Origin: an uncultured Chloroflexia bacterium
Lineage (GTDB): Bacteria > Chloroflexota > Limnocylindria > Limnocylindrales > CSP1-4
Length of the DNA stretch: 64,000 nt
Assembly: GCA_963716375.1 (NCBI GenBank)
Contig: OY970306.1
Location: forward strand, 1,137,220-1,201,219
Reading direction: 5' to 3'
Shown: piece by piece, positions 48,739 through 58,980 of the stretch
Position numbering within the stretch: the stretch's first letter is position 1
How the letters are laid out: every line of letters starts with the position of its first letter
Notes under the pieces: model-generated
Databases searched by the model: none
Told to the model about the DNA's origin: nothing
The model's input: only the letters and a program-made list of their open reading frames with translations
Translations under genes and position numbers: made by a program

Positions 48739-49194
48739 ATGCGCGGATTCTTCGGGATCCTCTTCCTCGGGCTCGTCGCCCTCGTCAGCGGCCTCATCGG
48801 CTACCAGATCGGGCTGACGTCCCATGTCGTCGAGGCCGGTTCGACGGTCGTCGTCGCCGGCGGCTACGGCTGGTTCGGGGGCTTCGGGTTCCTGTTCTTC
48901 CTCCTGTTCATCGGCTTCCTCTTCTTCGCCTTCGCCGGCCGCCGGCGCGGAGCGTGGGGCCCGAGGCACGGCTACGGCTGGGGTGGCCAGCCAGGCCCTG
49001 GCGGCCCCGGCTCCTGGGGCTCGGGCGGCCCGGGTGACCCGACCGACCCACGGCGCCAGTGGATCGCGGATGTCCATCGCAGCCTCCACGCGGCCGACGC
49101 CGCCACCGGTGCGACCTCGACTCCGGCAGCCGGCGCGAGTCCGACCTCGAGCGCCGCGTCCCCGGCCGGGACCACCGACCGCTCGGCGAGCTGA
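48739..49194 (+). CDS. Small membrane protein upstream of the two-component system
   Basis: Two hydrophobic helices, Gly/Trp-rich linker; GGAGA RBS. Confidence 0.75.
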   Translation: MRGFFGILFLGLVALVSGLIGYQIGLTSHVVEAGSTVVVAGGYGWFGGFGFLFFLLFIGFLFFAFAGRRRGAWGPRHGYGWGGQPGPGGPGSWGSGGPGDPTDPRRQWIADVHRSLHAADAATGATSTPAAGASPTSSAASPAGTTDRSAS

Positions 49195-49299
49195 CCCCGC
49201 GCTTCGCCCATCGACATCGGCCGGACGACGGCCGCTTCCCTCACCATCGCGACGCCGGGCAGGTATCCTCGCCCGGCGTCGCCACGTCTCCGGAGTGCC

Positions 49300-49980
49300 A
49301 TGCGCACCATCCTCGTCGTCGAGGACGAGCCCAGGATCGCGGCCCTCGTCCGTGACTATCTCGAGCACGCGGGCTTCGCCGTCCTCACGGCCGGGGATGG
49401 CGGAGCCGGGCTGGCCCTTGCCCGCACGCAGCGCCCGGACGCGGTGGTCCTCGATCTCGGCCTGCCGAGCGTGGACGGCTTCGACGTCATCCGGGCGCTT
49501 CGGCGCGACTCGGCCGTCCCGATCGTGGTCCTGACGGCCCGCGGCGACGAATCCGACCGGGTGGCGGGCCTCGAGCTCGGCGCCGACGACTACGTCGTGA
49601 AGCCCTTCAGCCCGAAGGAACTGGTGGCGCGGGTCCGGGCGGTCCTGCGCCGGGTCGATGTCGCGGCGCGGCCGGCGGACCGGCTCGTCGTCGGCGATCT
49701 CGAGGTCGACCTCGTGCGGCGCCGCGTCACAGCCGGCGGCCGGCCGGCCCAGCTGACACCGACGGAATTCGAGCTCCTCGCGACGCTGGCGCGCGAACCT
49801 GGCCGAGTCTTCACCCGGGGCCAGCTGCTCGATGCGATCCGGGGTTTCAGCCTCGAAACGTACGAGCGGGCCATCGACGGCCACGTCAAGAACCTCCGGC
49901 GCAAGCTCGATCCTGACCCGACCCGCTACGTCCGCACGGTCCATGGCGTCGGCTATGCGCTCGCCGAGCCCGAGTCGTGA
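49300..49980 (+). CDS. OmpR family response regulator
   Basis: ILVVEDE, VLDLGLP, GADDYVVKPFS, LTPTEF, RAIDGHVKNLRRK, TVHGVGY. Confidence 0.96.
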   Translation: MRTILVVEDEPRIAALVRDYLEHAGFAVLTAGDGGAGLALARTQRPDAVVLDLGLPSVDGFDVIRALRRDSAVPIVVLTARGDESDRVAGLELGADDYVVKPFSPKELVARVRAVLRRVDVAARPADRLVVGDLEVDLVRRRVTAGGRPAQLTPTEFELLATLAREPGRVFTRGQLLDAIRGFSLETYERAIDGHVKNLRRKLDPDPTRYVRTVHGVGYALAEPES

Positions 49981-51236
49981 GCGGCGCCGGCGAGGATCCG
50001 ATCGGCGGGCCGAGCCCCAGTGGCTCGCACCCCGGCGAGCCCGGCCCCGGCGAGCCCGGCCCCGGCCCCGGCGCGGGCGCGGGCGGCGCCGGGACAGGCG
50101 GCCCTGGCGAGCCGGATCGGCACGGCCCGTGGCGGGCCCAGCGTCGCGCCCAATGGGGCGGCGAGTGGGGCCCGCCGAATCGTGGTTGGTGGGGTCCGCG
50201 TCGGGGTGGCTGGCAGGGTCCGCGCCACCTGACCGGGGCCATCGGCTGCCTGCTCCTCGTCCTCGTCCTGTTCATCGGGCTCGTGACCGCGCTCGCCACC
50301 TGGGTCGCCGGCACGCTGCTCGGCTTCGTGGCGCCCGGCAGCGGCGCGTCGGTGCCGGTCACGCTCGCCGTGCTGTTTCTGCTCATCGCGGCGATCGTGC
50401 TCGCGGGACGCGTCGTCGGCCGTGCCGTAGGTCCGCTGGCCTCGATCGCGGATGCCACGGACCGGCTGGCGGACGGCGCGCCGGATGTCCGCGTCGATGT
50501 CGCCGGTCCGCGACCCGTCCGTCGCCTCGGCCGGTCGTTCAACACGATGGCGGAACGGCTCGATCGGTCGCGCACGGACCGCCAGGCGCTCCTCGCCGAC
50601 GTCACCCACGAGCTGCGAACGCCGCTCCAGGTGATCGGCGGGAGCGTGGAGGCGATGCTCGACGGCGTCCATCCGCGCGACGACGCGCACCTGGCCTCGA
50701 TCCTTGCCGAGACGACCGTGATGAATCGGCTGCTCGATGACCTGCGAACGCTGTCGCTGGCCGAGGCCGGGGCCCTGCCGCTGCATCGGGAGGACATCGA
50801 GGTCCGCCGCCTGCTCGGCGAGGTCGCGGCGAGTCACGAGGCGGCGGCTCGGGACGGCGGGCTGACCCTGGCCGTGGCTCCCGGCGCCCCGATCGAGCTC
50901 GATGCGGATCCCGTCCGACTGCGCGAGGTCCTCGTGAACCTCGTCGTCAATGCGATCCGCCACACGCCGCCCGGTGGCTCGGTCTCGCTTGGCGCCGGGG
51001 TCGACGGCGACTGGGTCGAATTGACGGTCGTCGACACGGGGGAGGGGATTCCGCCGGCCGATCTCGTCCGGGTGTTCGATCGATTCCACGGCCGGGCCGA
51101 TACCGGCGGCAGCGGCCTCGGCCTGACGATCGCCCGGGACCTCGTCGCGGCCCACGGCGGCACGATCCGGGCCGAGAGCGATGGCATCGCCGGCCACGGG
51201 ACGACGTTCCGGATCCGGCTGCCGCGACGAGACTGA
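49977..51236 (+). CDS. HAMP sensor histidine kinase (BaeS-like)
   Basis: Two transmembrane helices, HAMP, HELRTPL, NLVVNAIRH, DTGEGI, GSGLGL. Confidence 0.95.
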   Translation: MSGAGEDPIGGPSPSGSHPGEPGPGEPGPGPGAGAGGAGTGGPGEPDRHGPWRAQRRAQWGGEWGPPNRGWWGPRRGGWQGPRHLTGAIGCLLLVLVLFIGLVTALATWVAGTLLGFVAPGSGASVPVTLAVLFLLIAAIVLAGRVVGRAVGPLASIADATDRLADGAPDVRVDVAGPRPVRRLGRSFNTMAERLDRSRTDRQALLADVTHELRTPLQVIGGSVEAMLDGVHPRDDAHLASILAETTVMNRLLDDLRTLSLAEAGALPLHREDIEVRRLLGEVAASHEAAARDGGLTLAVAPGAPIELDADPVRLREVLVNLVVNAIRHTPPGGSVSLGAGVDGDWVELTVVDTGEGIPPADLVRVFDRFHGRADTGGSGLGLTIARDLVAAHGGTIRAESDGIAGHGTTFRIRLPRRD

Positions 51237-51292
51237 CGGGGGCTCTGGGCCCGAGCTGGCCCGCGGCGACTGCCGCACGCACCCGCGCCCGG

Positions 51293-51607
51293 TCAATCGA
51301 GGTGGAAGATCTCCTCGAGGCGCTGGTGGAAGCCCGTCGCCGGATCGGTCAGGGGATCGATCAACGCCGTCATCTCGGCCTGCCAGCGCGCATCCACCGG
51401 GTTCGCCGCCATCGACGCCCGGAACGCCGCGAAGTCGTCGACCTCGAGGTAGGCGAAGAGTTCGGCGCCATTAATGAAGATCGAGTAGTCCCGGGCTCCG
51501 GCGGCCTTCAGCGCCGCGAGCATCTCGGGCCAGACGGCGGCGTGCCGCCGCCGGTATTCCGCCTCCTGGCCCGGCAGGATCCGCATCGTGAAGCCAACCC
51601 GTTCCAT
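51293..51607 (-). CDS. rhaM: L-rhamnose mutarotase
   Basis: EYRRRHAAVWPEM, DYSIF, EEIFHLD; rhamnose context. Confidence 0.92.
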   Translation of the reverse strand: MERVGFTMRILPGQEAEYRRRHAAVWPEMLAALKAAGARDYSIFINGAELFAYLEVDDFAAFRASMAANPVDARWQAEMTALIDPLTDPATGFHQRLEEIFHLD

Positions 51608-51708
51608 TCGAGCACCTCCGAATCGAAGAGCCCCGGAAGCGATGCCTCCGGGGCCCTGTGCCGTGTCGCGCGAACGCGCCGGTGGGCGGCGCGCCCGCGT
51701 CCCGGCGG

Positions 51709-52791
51709 CTAGAAGTTGAACTGGTCGACGTTCGTCGCGTCGAACCGGTAGGCGGGGCCGAGGACGACAACGCCGTCCTTGCCGATGGTGTACGGCTTGC
51801 CGCCGTTGAGGCTCGGCACGGTGAAGGTCTCGCCCTCGGTGCCCTTGATCTCGCCGCTGACGAGCTTGGCCGCGACCTGCTCGGCGAGGTAGCCAAGGTC
51901 AGGCACGCTCCAGAGGCCGAAGACCGGCGAGGTGCCGTCCTTGACGTACTGCTTCATGTCGTTCGGGAAGCCGAGGCCGGTCACCTTGACGGAGGCCGAC
52001 TTGCCGCCCTGGGAGACGACCTGCGCGGCCGCCAGGATGCCGACGGTGGTCGGCGCCACGATGACTTTGAGGTTCGGGTACTTGGTCAGCAGGCCCTGGG
52101 CCTGCGTTGTGCTCTTGGCCGCGTCGTCATCGCCGTAGACGGTGTCGACGAGGTTGAGGCCCTTGTACTTGGGGAGCTTCAGGGTGGTCTTCATCAGGTC
52201 GATCCAGGCGTTCTGGTTCGTCGCCGTGGCGGCCGCAGAGAGGATCGCGATGTCGCCGGTGCAGTTCGGGGCGAGCTCGCAGGCCCAGTCCGCGAGGTTC
52301 ACGCCGACGCCGGAGAAGTCGACCTGGTTGACGAACACGTTGTAGGCGCCAACGGCCGGGCTCGAGTCGAAGCCGACGACCTTGATGCCCGCGGCCATGG
52401 CGGACTTGAGGGCAGGCGCGACTTCATCCTTGCCATCGGCCGAGATGATGATCGCGCTGACCTTCTGGGTCGTCAGGTCCGTGATGAACGGGATCTGGAG
52501 ATCGGCCTTCGCCTCGTTCGGGCCGACCTGGATGACCTTGGCGCCGATCTCGGCGGCACCCTTGTCGACGCCCGTCTTGGCCGCCGCGAAGTACTGGTTG
52601 ACGATGTCCTTCGGCAGGTAGCCGATGGTCACCGTTCCGGCGGCCGATGGGGCGGCGGCCGAGGGTGCGGCGGTCGGCGCGGCGGTGGGGGCCGCAGTCG
52701 GCGCCGGCGTCGCAGCCGCCGAGCAGGCCCCGAACATGATGGCCCCGATGCTCGCAAGGGCGATCAATCGCCCGGTTGACCTGAGATTCAA
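51709..52791 (-). CDS. rhaS: Rhamnose ABC transporter substrate-binding lipoprotein
   Basis: Lipobox FGAC, LPK..NQYF, ATATNQNAWI, YGDDD, PTTVGI, GLGFPN. Confidence 0.9.
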   Translation of the reverse strand: MNLRSTGRLIALASIGAIMFGACSAAATPAPTAAPTAAPTAAPSAAAPSAAGTVTIGYLPKDIVNQYFAAAKTGVDKGAAEIGAKVIQVGPNEAKADLQIPFITDLTTQKVSAIIISADGKDEVAPALKSAMAAGIKVVGFDSSPAVGAYNVFVNQVDFSGVGVNLADWACELAPNCTGDIAILSAAATATNQNAWIDLMKTTLKLPKYKGLNLVDTVYGDDDAAKSTTQAQGLLTKYPNLKVIVAPTTVGILAAAQVVSQGGKSASVKVTGLGFPNDMKQYVKDGTSPVFGLWSVPDLGYLAEQVAAKLVSGEIKGTEGETFTVPSLNGGKPYTIGKDGVVVLGPAYRFDATNVDQFNF

Positions 52792-52808
52792 AGCGGTTCC
52801 TCCTCGAT

Positions 52809-53870
52809 CTATGAGAGTGCCGTCTCACCACGGTGGACCACGTCGGCAGGCGGATGCCTGCCTCCGCCGACGCGATCGATGGCCAACTTGGCCTGGTGAG
52901 CAAAGGTGGGGATGACGACCGAGAGAATCAGGAGCAGCCCGAGGGCGATGCTCTGGACCTCGACCGACACGCTGGCGAGGCGCAGCGCGTTCTGCATGAC
53001 CGCCACGACGAAGACGGCCAGAACGACGCCCGGGATCGTGCCCGACCCGCCGAAGATGTTCACGCCGCCGAGGAGCACGACGGTGATGACGGTCAGGGTC
53101 ATGCCCTGCCCGGCATCGGCGCGGGCGCTCGACAGGCGGGAAGTGAGGATGACTCCGGCCAGGGCCGCGATGAGGCCCGACAGCATGAAGATGCCGACGC
53201 GGAGCCGGGTGACGCGAACGCCGGAAAAGCGGGCCGCGCCCGTGTTCTTGCCGATCGCGTAGGTCTGGCGGCCGACCCACGTCCGGTGGAGCACGATGCC
53301 GAGGATGATAGCCAGACCCAGGAAAACGACGAATGGCCACGGAATCAGCGTGCCGGGCACGTGGCCGAAGCCGAATTCCGTGAAGGCCGGCGGGAAGTCG
53401 CTGACGCCGATCGGCCCGAGCACGATGAGGGCCAGGCCGCGGAACAGGGCGAGGGTGCCGAGGGTCACGACGAGGGACGGCAGGCCGCCGCGCGCGACGA
53501 GCAGGCCGTTCATCAGGCCGCCGAGGGCCCCGACGACGAGCACGACCGGAATGTCGATCCAGAGCGGGATGCCGGCGGCCCAGAGGAACCCGATGATCGC
53601 GCTGGCGAGGCCGGCCATCGATTCAACCGACAGGTCGATCTCGCCCATGATGATGATCAGGGTCATCGGCAGGGCCATGATCGCGACTTCCATCAGGGCC
53701 GCGATCAGGTTGGAGAAGTTGCCGGCGGCGAAGAAGAAGGGCGACAGGGCGTTGCCGAGAACGATCAGTCCGAGGAGCGCCACGAGCAGGAGCGTCTCCC
53801 AGCGCGCGAGGAGTCTCGTCCAGGTGCGCGCACCGTTGCCCGTCGCCCCGGTCGTCGTTCCGGCGCTCAT
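52809..53870 (-). CDS. rhaQ: Rhamnose ABC transporter permease
   Basis: GEIDLSV, PSLVVTLGT, ITVVLLGGVNIFGGSG. Confidence 0.88.
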   Translation of the reverse strand: MSAGTTTGATGNGARTWTRLLARWETLLLVALLGLIVLGNALSPFFFAAGNFSNLIAALMEVAIMALPMTLIIIMGEIDLSVESMAGLASAIIGFLWAAGIPLWIDIPVVLVVGALGGLMNGLLVARGGLPSLVVTLGTLALFRGLALIVLGPIGVSDFPPAFTEFGFGHVPGTLIPWPFVVFLGLAIILGIVLHRTWVGRQTYAIGKNTGAARFSGVRVTRLRVGIFMLSGLIAALAGVILTSRLSSARADAGQGMTLTVITVVLLGGVNIFGGSGTIPGVVLAVFVVAVMQNALRLASVSVEVQSIALGLLLILSVVIPTFAHQAKLAIDRVGGGRHPPADVVHRGETALS

Positions 53871-54895
53871 CGGATCTGCCGCTGGGAGGTCGCCCGCTGG
53901 ACGCGGCGCAGGATGATCGAATCAGCGCTGACGGCGAGCAGGATCACGACGCCATAGATGGCCTGGAGCCAGAACTGCGAGAGGCCGACGAGGATCAGGG
54001 CGTTGGCGATGAAGCCCAGGAACAGGGCCCCGAGCGCGGCGCCGGCGAGCGACCCCGAGCCGCCGAAGATGTTGACGCCGCCGACGACGACCGCCGCCAC
54101 GACCGCCAGGACGACCCCGGTGGCCGCCGTGCCGTTGATCGTGCCGAACTCCATGACCCACATCACGCCGGCGACGCCGGACAGCAGGCCGCAGGCCGAG
54201 AAGGCGACGAAAACCACGAGGCGGGAGGGAATGCCGAGGATGGCGGCCGCTTCGGGATTGCTGCCGACGGCGTAGATCTGGCGCCCGAACCGCGTCCAGC
54301 GCAGGATCACCGAGCCGATCAGCACGATGACGATTGCGACCACGACGAAGATCGGCAGGCCGAAGATCGAGTTGCGGGCCGGATCGGTGAAGCCCGGCGG
54401 CAGCCCGGCCAGCGGGACCTGGTGGGCGCCGGCGATCAGGTAGTCGATGCCGCGGAAGATGCTGAGCGTGCCCAGGGTCGCAACGATGGCCGGGACCTTG
54501 AAGATCGTGACGATCAGGCCGTTCGTCATGCCGAGCACCAGCCCGATGCCGATCCCCATCGCGATGGCCCCGGGGCCGTCGAGGGCGTGGAGCTCGAGGA
54601 CCCGCGCCACGCAGTAGGCGACGAGGCCGATCATCGCCTCGACCGAGAGGTCGACGTTGCGGGTGATGATCACCAGCGCCTCGCCGATCGCGGCCACGGC
54701 GATGACCGAGGCGAGGACCGCGACCTGGCTGAGGTTGGACGAGGTCAGGAACTGCGGCGCGCTCAGGGAGACCAGCCCACCGAGCACGAACATGATCGCG
54801 AGCAGGCTGAGCTCGCGCTGCCGGGCCACGAGCGAGAGCCACTGGCCGCGGGTGCGCCCAGGTAGGCTGCCGGCCGTCGCGCTGGAGTCAGCCAT
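53867..54895 (-). CDS. rhaP: Rhamnose ABC transporter permease
   Basis: TRNVDLSV, PAIVATLGT, YAVGSNPEAA, AAVVVGGVNIFGGSG. Confidence 0.88.
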   Translation of the reverse strand: MADSSATAGSLPGRTRGQWLSLVARQRELSLLAIMFVLGGLVSLSAPQFLTSSNLSQVAVLASVIAVAAIGEALVIITRNVDLSVEAMIGLVAYCVARVLELHALDGPGAIAMGIGIGLVLGMTNGLIVTIFKVPAIVATLGTLSIFRGIDYLIAGAHQVPLAGLPPGFTDPARNSIFGLPIFVVVAIVIVLIGSVILRWTRFGRQIYAVGSNPEAAAILGIPSRLVVFVAFSACGLLSGVAGVMWVMEFGTINGTAATGVVLAVVAAVVVGGVNIFGGSGSLAGAALGALFLGFIANALILVGLSQFWLQAIYGVVILLAVSADSIILRRVQRATSQRQIR

Positions 54896-56591
54896 GGGCA
54901 CTGCCGCCGGCCCCATCCGCCGGCGCGGCCGACGCGGCCGATGCCGCCGACACGACCGGTGCGGTCTCGTCATGGATCAGGTTGCCGGTCGCGGCGAACA
55001 TGACCCGCTCCTGGGTCGCCCGATCGTGCGGAATCTCGGCCGTCAGGCGGCCCTCGTGGAGCACCAGGATCCGGTCGGACATCGCGAGCACTTCCGGCAG
55101 GTCGCTCGAGATCATGATGATCCCGAGGCCCGACGCGGCGAGCTCGGAGATGATCCGGTGGACCTCTACCTTGGCCCCGATGTCGATGCCGCGCGTTGGC
55201 TCGTCGAGGATGAGGATCCGGGGCTTCGAGGCGAGCCACTTGGCCAGGACGACCTTCTGCTGGTTGCCGCCCGAGAGCGCGCCGACGAGCTGATCGACGC
55301 CGGTCATCCGGACGTTGAACTGTTCCGTGTACTCGTGGGCGACGGCCCGCTCCCGTGCCGGCCGGACGAGGAGTCGTGGGAAGAGCCGCGGCAGGATCGG
55401 CAGCGTCACGTTCTGGGCGACCGAGAAGTCGAGGACGAGGCCGTCCTGGTGGCGATCCTCGGGCAGGTAGGCGACCCCCGCGTGCATTGCCTCGGACGGA
55501 TTGGCGAAGCTGACCGGCGTACCGCCGAGCAGTACCTCGCCGTCGTCGCGCTGGTCGATCCCGAAGAGGACGCGAGCGACCTCGGTCCGACCCGCGCCGA
55601 CGAGGCCGGCGAAGCCGAGGATCTCGCCGGCGTGAACCGCGAACGAGATATCGCGGAAGCCGCCCGCCCGGGAGAGCCCCCGGACTTCGAGCAGGACGTC
55701 CCCGATCGGGTTCGACGTCTTCGGGAAGAGCGTGACCGTGCGCCCGACCATCGAGCGGACGAGGTCGGCGGTCGTGAGCTCGCTGGTGGGGGTCGTGGCC
55801 ACATGCCGGCCGTCGCGGAAGACGGTCGCCCGGTCGCACAGGACGAAGACCTCGTCAAGGCGATGGCTGACGAAGAGGATGGCCACGCCGCGGTCGCGCA
55901 GGCGGCCGACGATGGCGAAGAGGCGGTCGACCTCATGGGCCGAGAGCGAGGCCGTCGGTTCGTCGAGGATGAGGACCCGGGCTTCGACCGAGAGCGACTT
56001 CGCGATCTCGATCAGCTGCTGGTCGGCCATCGAGAGGCCGCGCACGGGCGCGCCGACGTCGAGCTGGACCTCGAGCTCGTCGAACAGGCCCTGGGCGGCT
56101 CGCCGCGTCCCGCCCCAGTCGATCGATCCGAAGCGCCCCGAGGGCGCGTGGCCGATGAAGACGTTCTCGGCGACCGTGAGGTCGGGGAAGAGACGCGGTT
56201 CCTGGTGGACGACCGCGATCCCGAGCGAGCGGGCGTGGGCGGGGCCGTGGATCTGCGTCACCCGGCCGTCCAGCCTGATCGTGCCGCTGTCGGGCTGGTG
56301 GACCCCGGCCAGGATCTTGACGAGCGTGCTCTTGCCGGCCCCGTTTTCGCCGACGAGGGCGTGCACCTCGCCCGCGGCGAGATCCAGTGAGACGTCGTCG
56401 AGGGCCTGGGTCGCGGCGAACCGCTTCGAGATGTTGCGCAGCTCGGCGCGAGGCGCCTCGGTGGCGCCGGCCGTTGACACGCCGCCGGCCGGATTCGGAC
56501 CCCCGGCCGCTGACGCGCCGCCGGCCGGATTCGGACCGCTCGGCTGGGACTCGGTCGCGCCGTTCATCGCGTCGCCCGGCTGGACCGTCAT
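54888..56591 (-). CDS. rhaT: Sugar ABC transporter ATP-binding protein
   Basis: GENGAGKS, LDEPTASL, LSGGNQQKV, DEPTRGID; coupled start at 56591. Confidence 0.92.
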   Translation of the reverse strand: MTVQPGDAMNGATESQPSGPNPAGGASAAGGPNPAGGVSTAGATEAPRAELRNISKRFAATQALDDVSLDLAAGEVHALVGENGAGKSTLVKILAGVHQPDSGTIRLDGRVTQIHGPAHARSLGIAVVHQEPRLFPDLTVAENVFIGHAPSGRFGSIDWGGTRRAAQGLFDELEVQLDVGAPVRGLSMADQQLIEIAKSLSVEARVLILDEPTASLSAHEVDRLFAIVGRLRDRGVAILFVSHRLDEVFVLCDRATVFRDGRHVATTPTSELTTADLVRSMVGRTVTLFPKTSNPIGDVLLEVRGLSRAGGFRDISFAVHAGEILGFAGLVGAGRTEVARVLFGIDQRDDGEVLLGGTPVSFANPSEAMHAGVAYLPEDRHQDGLVLDFSVAQNVTLPILPRLFPRLLVRPARERAVAHEYTEQFNVRMTGVDQLVGALSGGNQQKVVLAKWLASKPRILILDEPTRGIDIGAKVEVHRIISELAASGLGIIMISSDLPEVLAMSDRILVLHEGRLTAEIPHDRATQERVMFAATGNLIHDETAPVVSAASAASAAPADGAGGSAHG

Positions 56592-57469
56592 CGCGACGGG
56601 CTCGCGCTGCCGGGACTCCCGGCCGGATGGGCAGTGTCGGCGGCGGGTTCGACCGGCCCGTCCGACCCGATCAGCTGGACCTGGATGCCGCGAGCGGCCA
56701 GGCCCATGACCATCGCCTCGGGAGCGTCCGGGTCCGTCAGGACGATGCTGATCTTGCTCGTCGGGCAAAACGTGGCGAAGGCGGCCCGCTCCCATTTCGT
56801 GTGGTCGACGATCGCGATGACCTCGCGCGCCGCCGCGACCATCGACCGCTTGATCTGGGCCTCCTCGTCGGTCGCGTCCGAGAGCCCCGAATCGAGGGTG
56901 AAGCCGGCCGCCCCGAGGAACGCCTTCTGGACGTTGATCCGGGTGAACAGGCCGTCACCGAGCTGGCCGACGACCGAGAGCGCCTCCCAGCGGACCCGGC
57001 CACCGAGCATCAGGACCGTGATCCCGCGGTGGCCGGCGAGCTCGGAGGCCAGGCGCAGACCGTTCGTGATGACGGTCAGCTGGCTCCAGCTCGTCTGCGC
57101 CTTCAGGTGGCGGGCCACGGCGAGGGCCGTGGTGCTCGCGTCCATGACGATGCTCTCACCGTCGTGCACGAGCGCGGCGGCCGCGGCGCCGATGCGCACC
57201 TTTTCGTCCGTCTGGAGGCGCTCGCGGATCTCGAACGACAGTTCGGGCCGGCTGCTGTCGATGGCGATCGCGCCGCCGTGGGTCCGGACGAGCCGGCGTT
57301 CCCCCTCGAGGACGACCAGGTCCTTGCGGATCGTCACCGCCGAGACGTTGAACCGGAGGGCGAGGTCGCCGACCCTGGCCCGCCCGTGCTCCTCGACGAA
57401 GCGGGCGATGTGGTCCTGCCGTTCGCGAGCGAACACGTCTCCGGTCGAGGCGCTGGCTGGAACGGTCAC
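56588..57469 (-). CDS. rhaR: DeoR/GlpR family regulator of the rhamnose cluster
   Basis: VSAVTIRKDL..RTHGGA HTH, MDASTT, VITNG, DHTKW; AGGAGAGG RBS with GTG start. Confidence 0.88.
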   Translation of the reverse strand: MTVPASASTGDVFARERQDHIARFVEEHGRARVGDLALRFNVSAVTIRKDLVVLEGERRLVRTHGGAIAIDSSRPELSFEIRERLQTDEKVRIGAAAAALVHDGESIVMDASTTALAVARHLKAQTSWSQLTVITNGLRLASELAGHRGITVLMLGGRVRWEALSVVGQLGDGLFTRINVQKAFLGAAGFTLDSGLSDATDEEAQIKRSMVAAAREVIAIVDHTKWERAAFATFCPTSKISIVLTDPDAPEAMVMGLAARGIQVQLIGSDGPVEPAADTAHPAGSPGSASPSR

Positions 57470-57505
57470 GCCTCTCCTCTCGTCCGCGGCCGGCCCGAAT
57501 CGGGG

Positions 57506-57580
57506 TTTCGATTCGTTTCCGGCGCAAAGTAGACGCCCACCGGAACGCAAAGTCAAGAAGGTAATTGAAAGCAATCGAAA
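57506..57580. promoter_or_regulatory. Putative RhaR operators in the divergent promoter region
   Basis: TTTCGATTCGTTTC (57506-19) and GAAAGCAATCGAAA (57567-80) form a 12/14 inverted repeat in an AT-rich patch. Confidence 0.6.
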
Positions 57581-57813
57581 GGTGTGGCAGGCTACGCCCC
57601 ACGCTCAGGACGCGGGCTTCGGGACTTGCACGGACAGGTCGCGGAGTGGTTCTGGCGACACAGGCCCGACGGCGGATCCAGCGGGCGCCACCTCCTCAGG
57701 TGACCGCATGGCCCGCCGGCGGGTCGAATCCGGCGGCGACCGGCGCGTACGATCGGCATCGACGCGAATGACGTGAGAGTGGATCCGCCCCGCATCGGGC
57801 GGCGGAGGCAGAC

Positions 57814-58980
57814 ATGACCGGCAATTCAGCGGTCGTCGCGGCCCTGCGGGCCCAGCGGATCGAGCTGCCCAGCTGGGCGTTCGGGAACTCGGGCACGCGG
57901 TTCAAGGTGTTCGCCCAGAAGGGTGTCCCGCGGACGCCGTACGAGAAGATCGCCGACGCCGCCGAGGTTCATCGCTACACGGGCGTCGCCCCGACGGTCG
58001 CGCTGCACATCCCCTGGGACAAGGTCGACGACTACGCCGACCTCGCGCGCCATGCGCAGGCAGTGGGCGTCGGCCTCGGCACGATCAATTCGAACACCTT
58101 CCAGGACGACGACTACATGCTCGGGAGCATCTGCAACCCCGACGCGCGGATCCGCCGCAAGGCGCTCGACCACCTCCTGGCCTGCATCGACATCATGGAT
58201 GCGACCGGCTCGCAGGATCTCAAGCTCTGGTTCGCGGATGGGACGAACTACCCGGGCCAGGACGACATCACGGCCCGCCAGGATCGCCTCGCTGAAGCGC
58301 TGGCGGCGGTCCACGCGAGGCTCGGGCCGGACCAGCGGATGCTCCTCGAGTACAAGTTCTTCGAGCCGTCGTTCTACACGACCGACGTCCCGGACTGGGG
58401 GACCGCCTACCTGCAGTGCGTCGCCGCCGGCCCCAAGGCCGCGGTCTGCGTGGACACCGGCCACCATGCCCCGGGCACCAACATCGAGTTCATCGTGGCC
58501 GGACTCCTGCGTGCGGCTCGTCTCGGCGCCTTCGACTTCAACTCGCGCTTCTATGCCGACGACGACCTGATGGTCGGCTCGGCCGACCCGTTCCAGCTCT
58601 TCCGGATCATGTACGAGGTCGTTCGGGCGGGCGCCCTGCGGCCGGAGGCGGGCATCGCGTTCATGCTCGACCAGTGCCACAACATCGAGCCGAAGATCCG
58701 GGGCCAGATCCGATCCGTCATGAACGTCCAGGAGGCGACCGCGAAGGCGCTCCTCGTCGATGCGGAGGCGCTCGCCGAAGCCCAGCGCTGCGGTGACGTG
58801 CTGGGCGCCAACGGCGTGCTGATGGACGCCTACAACACGGACGTCCGGCCGCTGCTGGCCGAGGTCCGGGCAGGGATGGGGCTCGATCCGGATCCGATCG
58901 CGGCGTATGCCCGGTCCGGCTACGGCGAGCGAATCGTGGCCGAGCGAGTCGGCGGACAGGCCGCGGGCTGGGGCGCGTGA
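57814..58980 (+). CDS. rhaI: L-rhamnose isomerase
   Basis: IELPSWAFGNSGTRFKVF, ALHIPWD, EYKFFEP, DTGHH, MLDQCHNIE. Confidence 0.95.
   Translation: MTGNSAVVAALRAQRIELPSWAFGNSGTRFKVFAQKGVPRTPYEKIADAAEVHRYTGVAPTVALHIPWDKVDDYADLARHAQAVGVGLGTINSNTFQDDDYMLGSICNPDARIRRKALDHLLACIDIMDATGSQDLKLWFADGTNYPGQDDITARQDRLAEALAAVHARLGPDQRMLLEYKFFEPSFYTTDVPDWGTAYLQCVAAGPKAAVCVDTGHHAPGTNIEFIVAGLLRAARLGAFDFNSRFYADDDLMVGSADPFQLFRIMYEVVRAGALRPEAGIAFMLDQCHNIEPKIRGQIRSVMNVQEATAKALLVDAEALAEAQRCGDVLGANGVLMDAYNTDVRPLLAEVRAGMGLDPDPIAAYARSGYGERIVAERVGGQAAGWGA

Noticed and set aside
51630-51654. Hairpin between rhaS and rhaM as an ncRNA or REP element
   Set aside because: Single copy; an ordinary intercistronic stem after a binding-protein gene.
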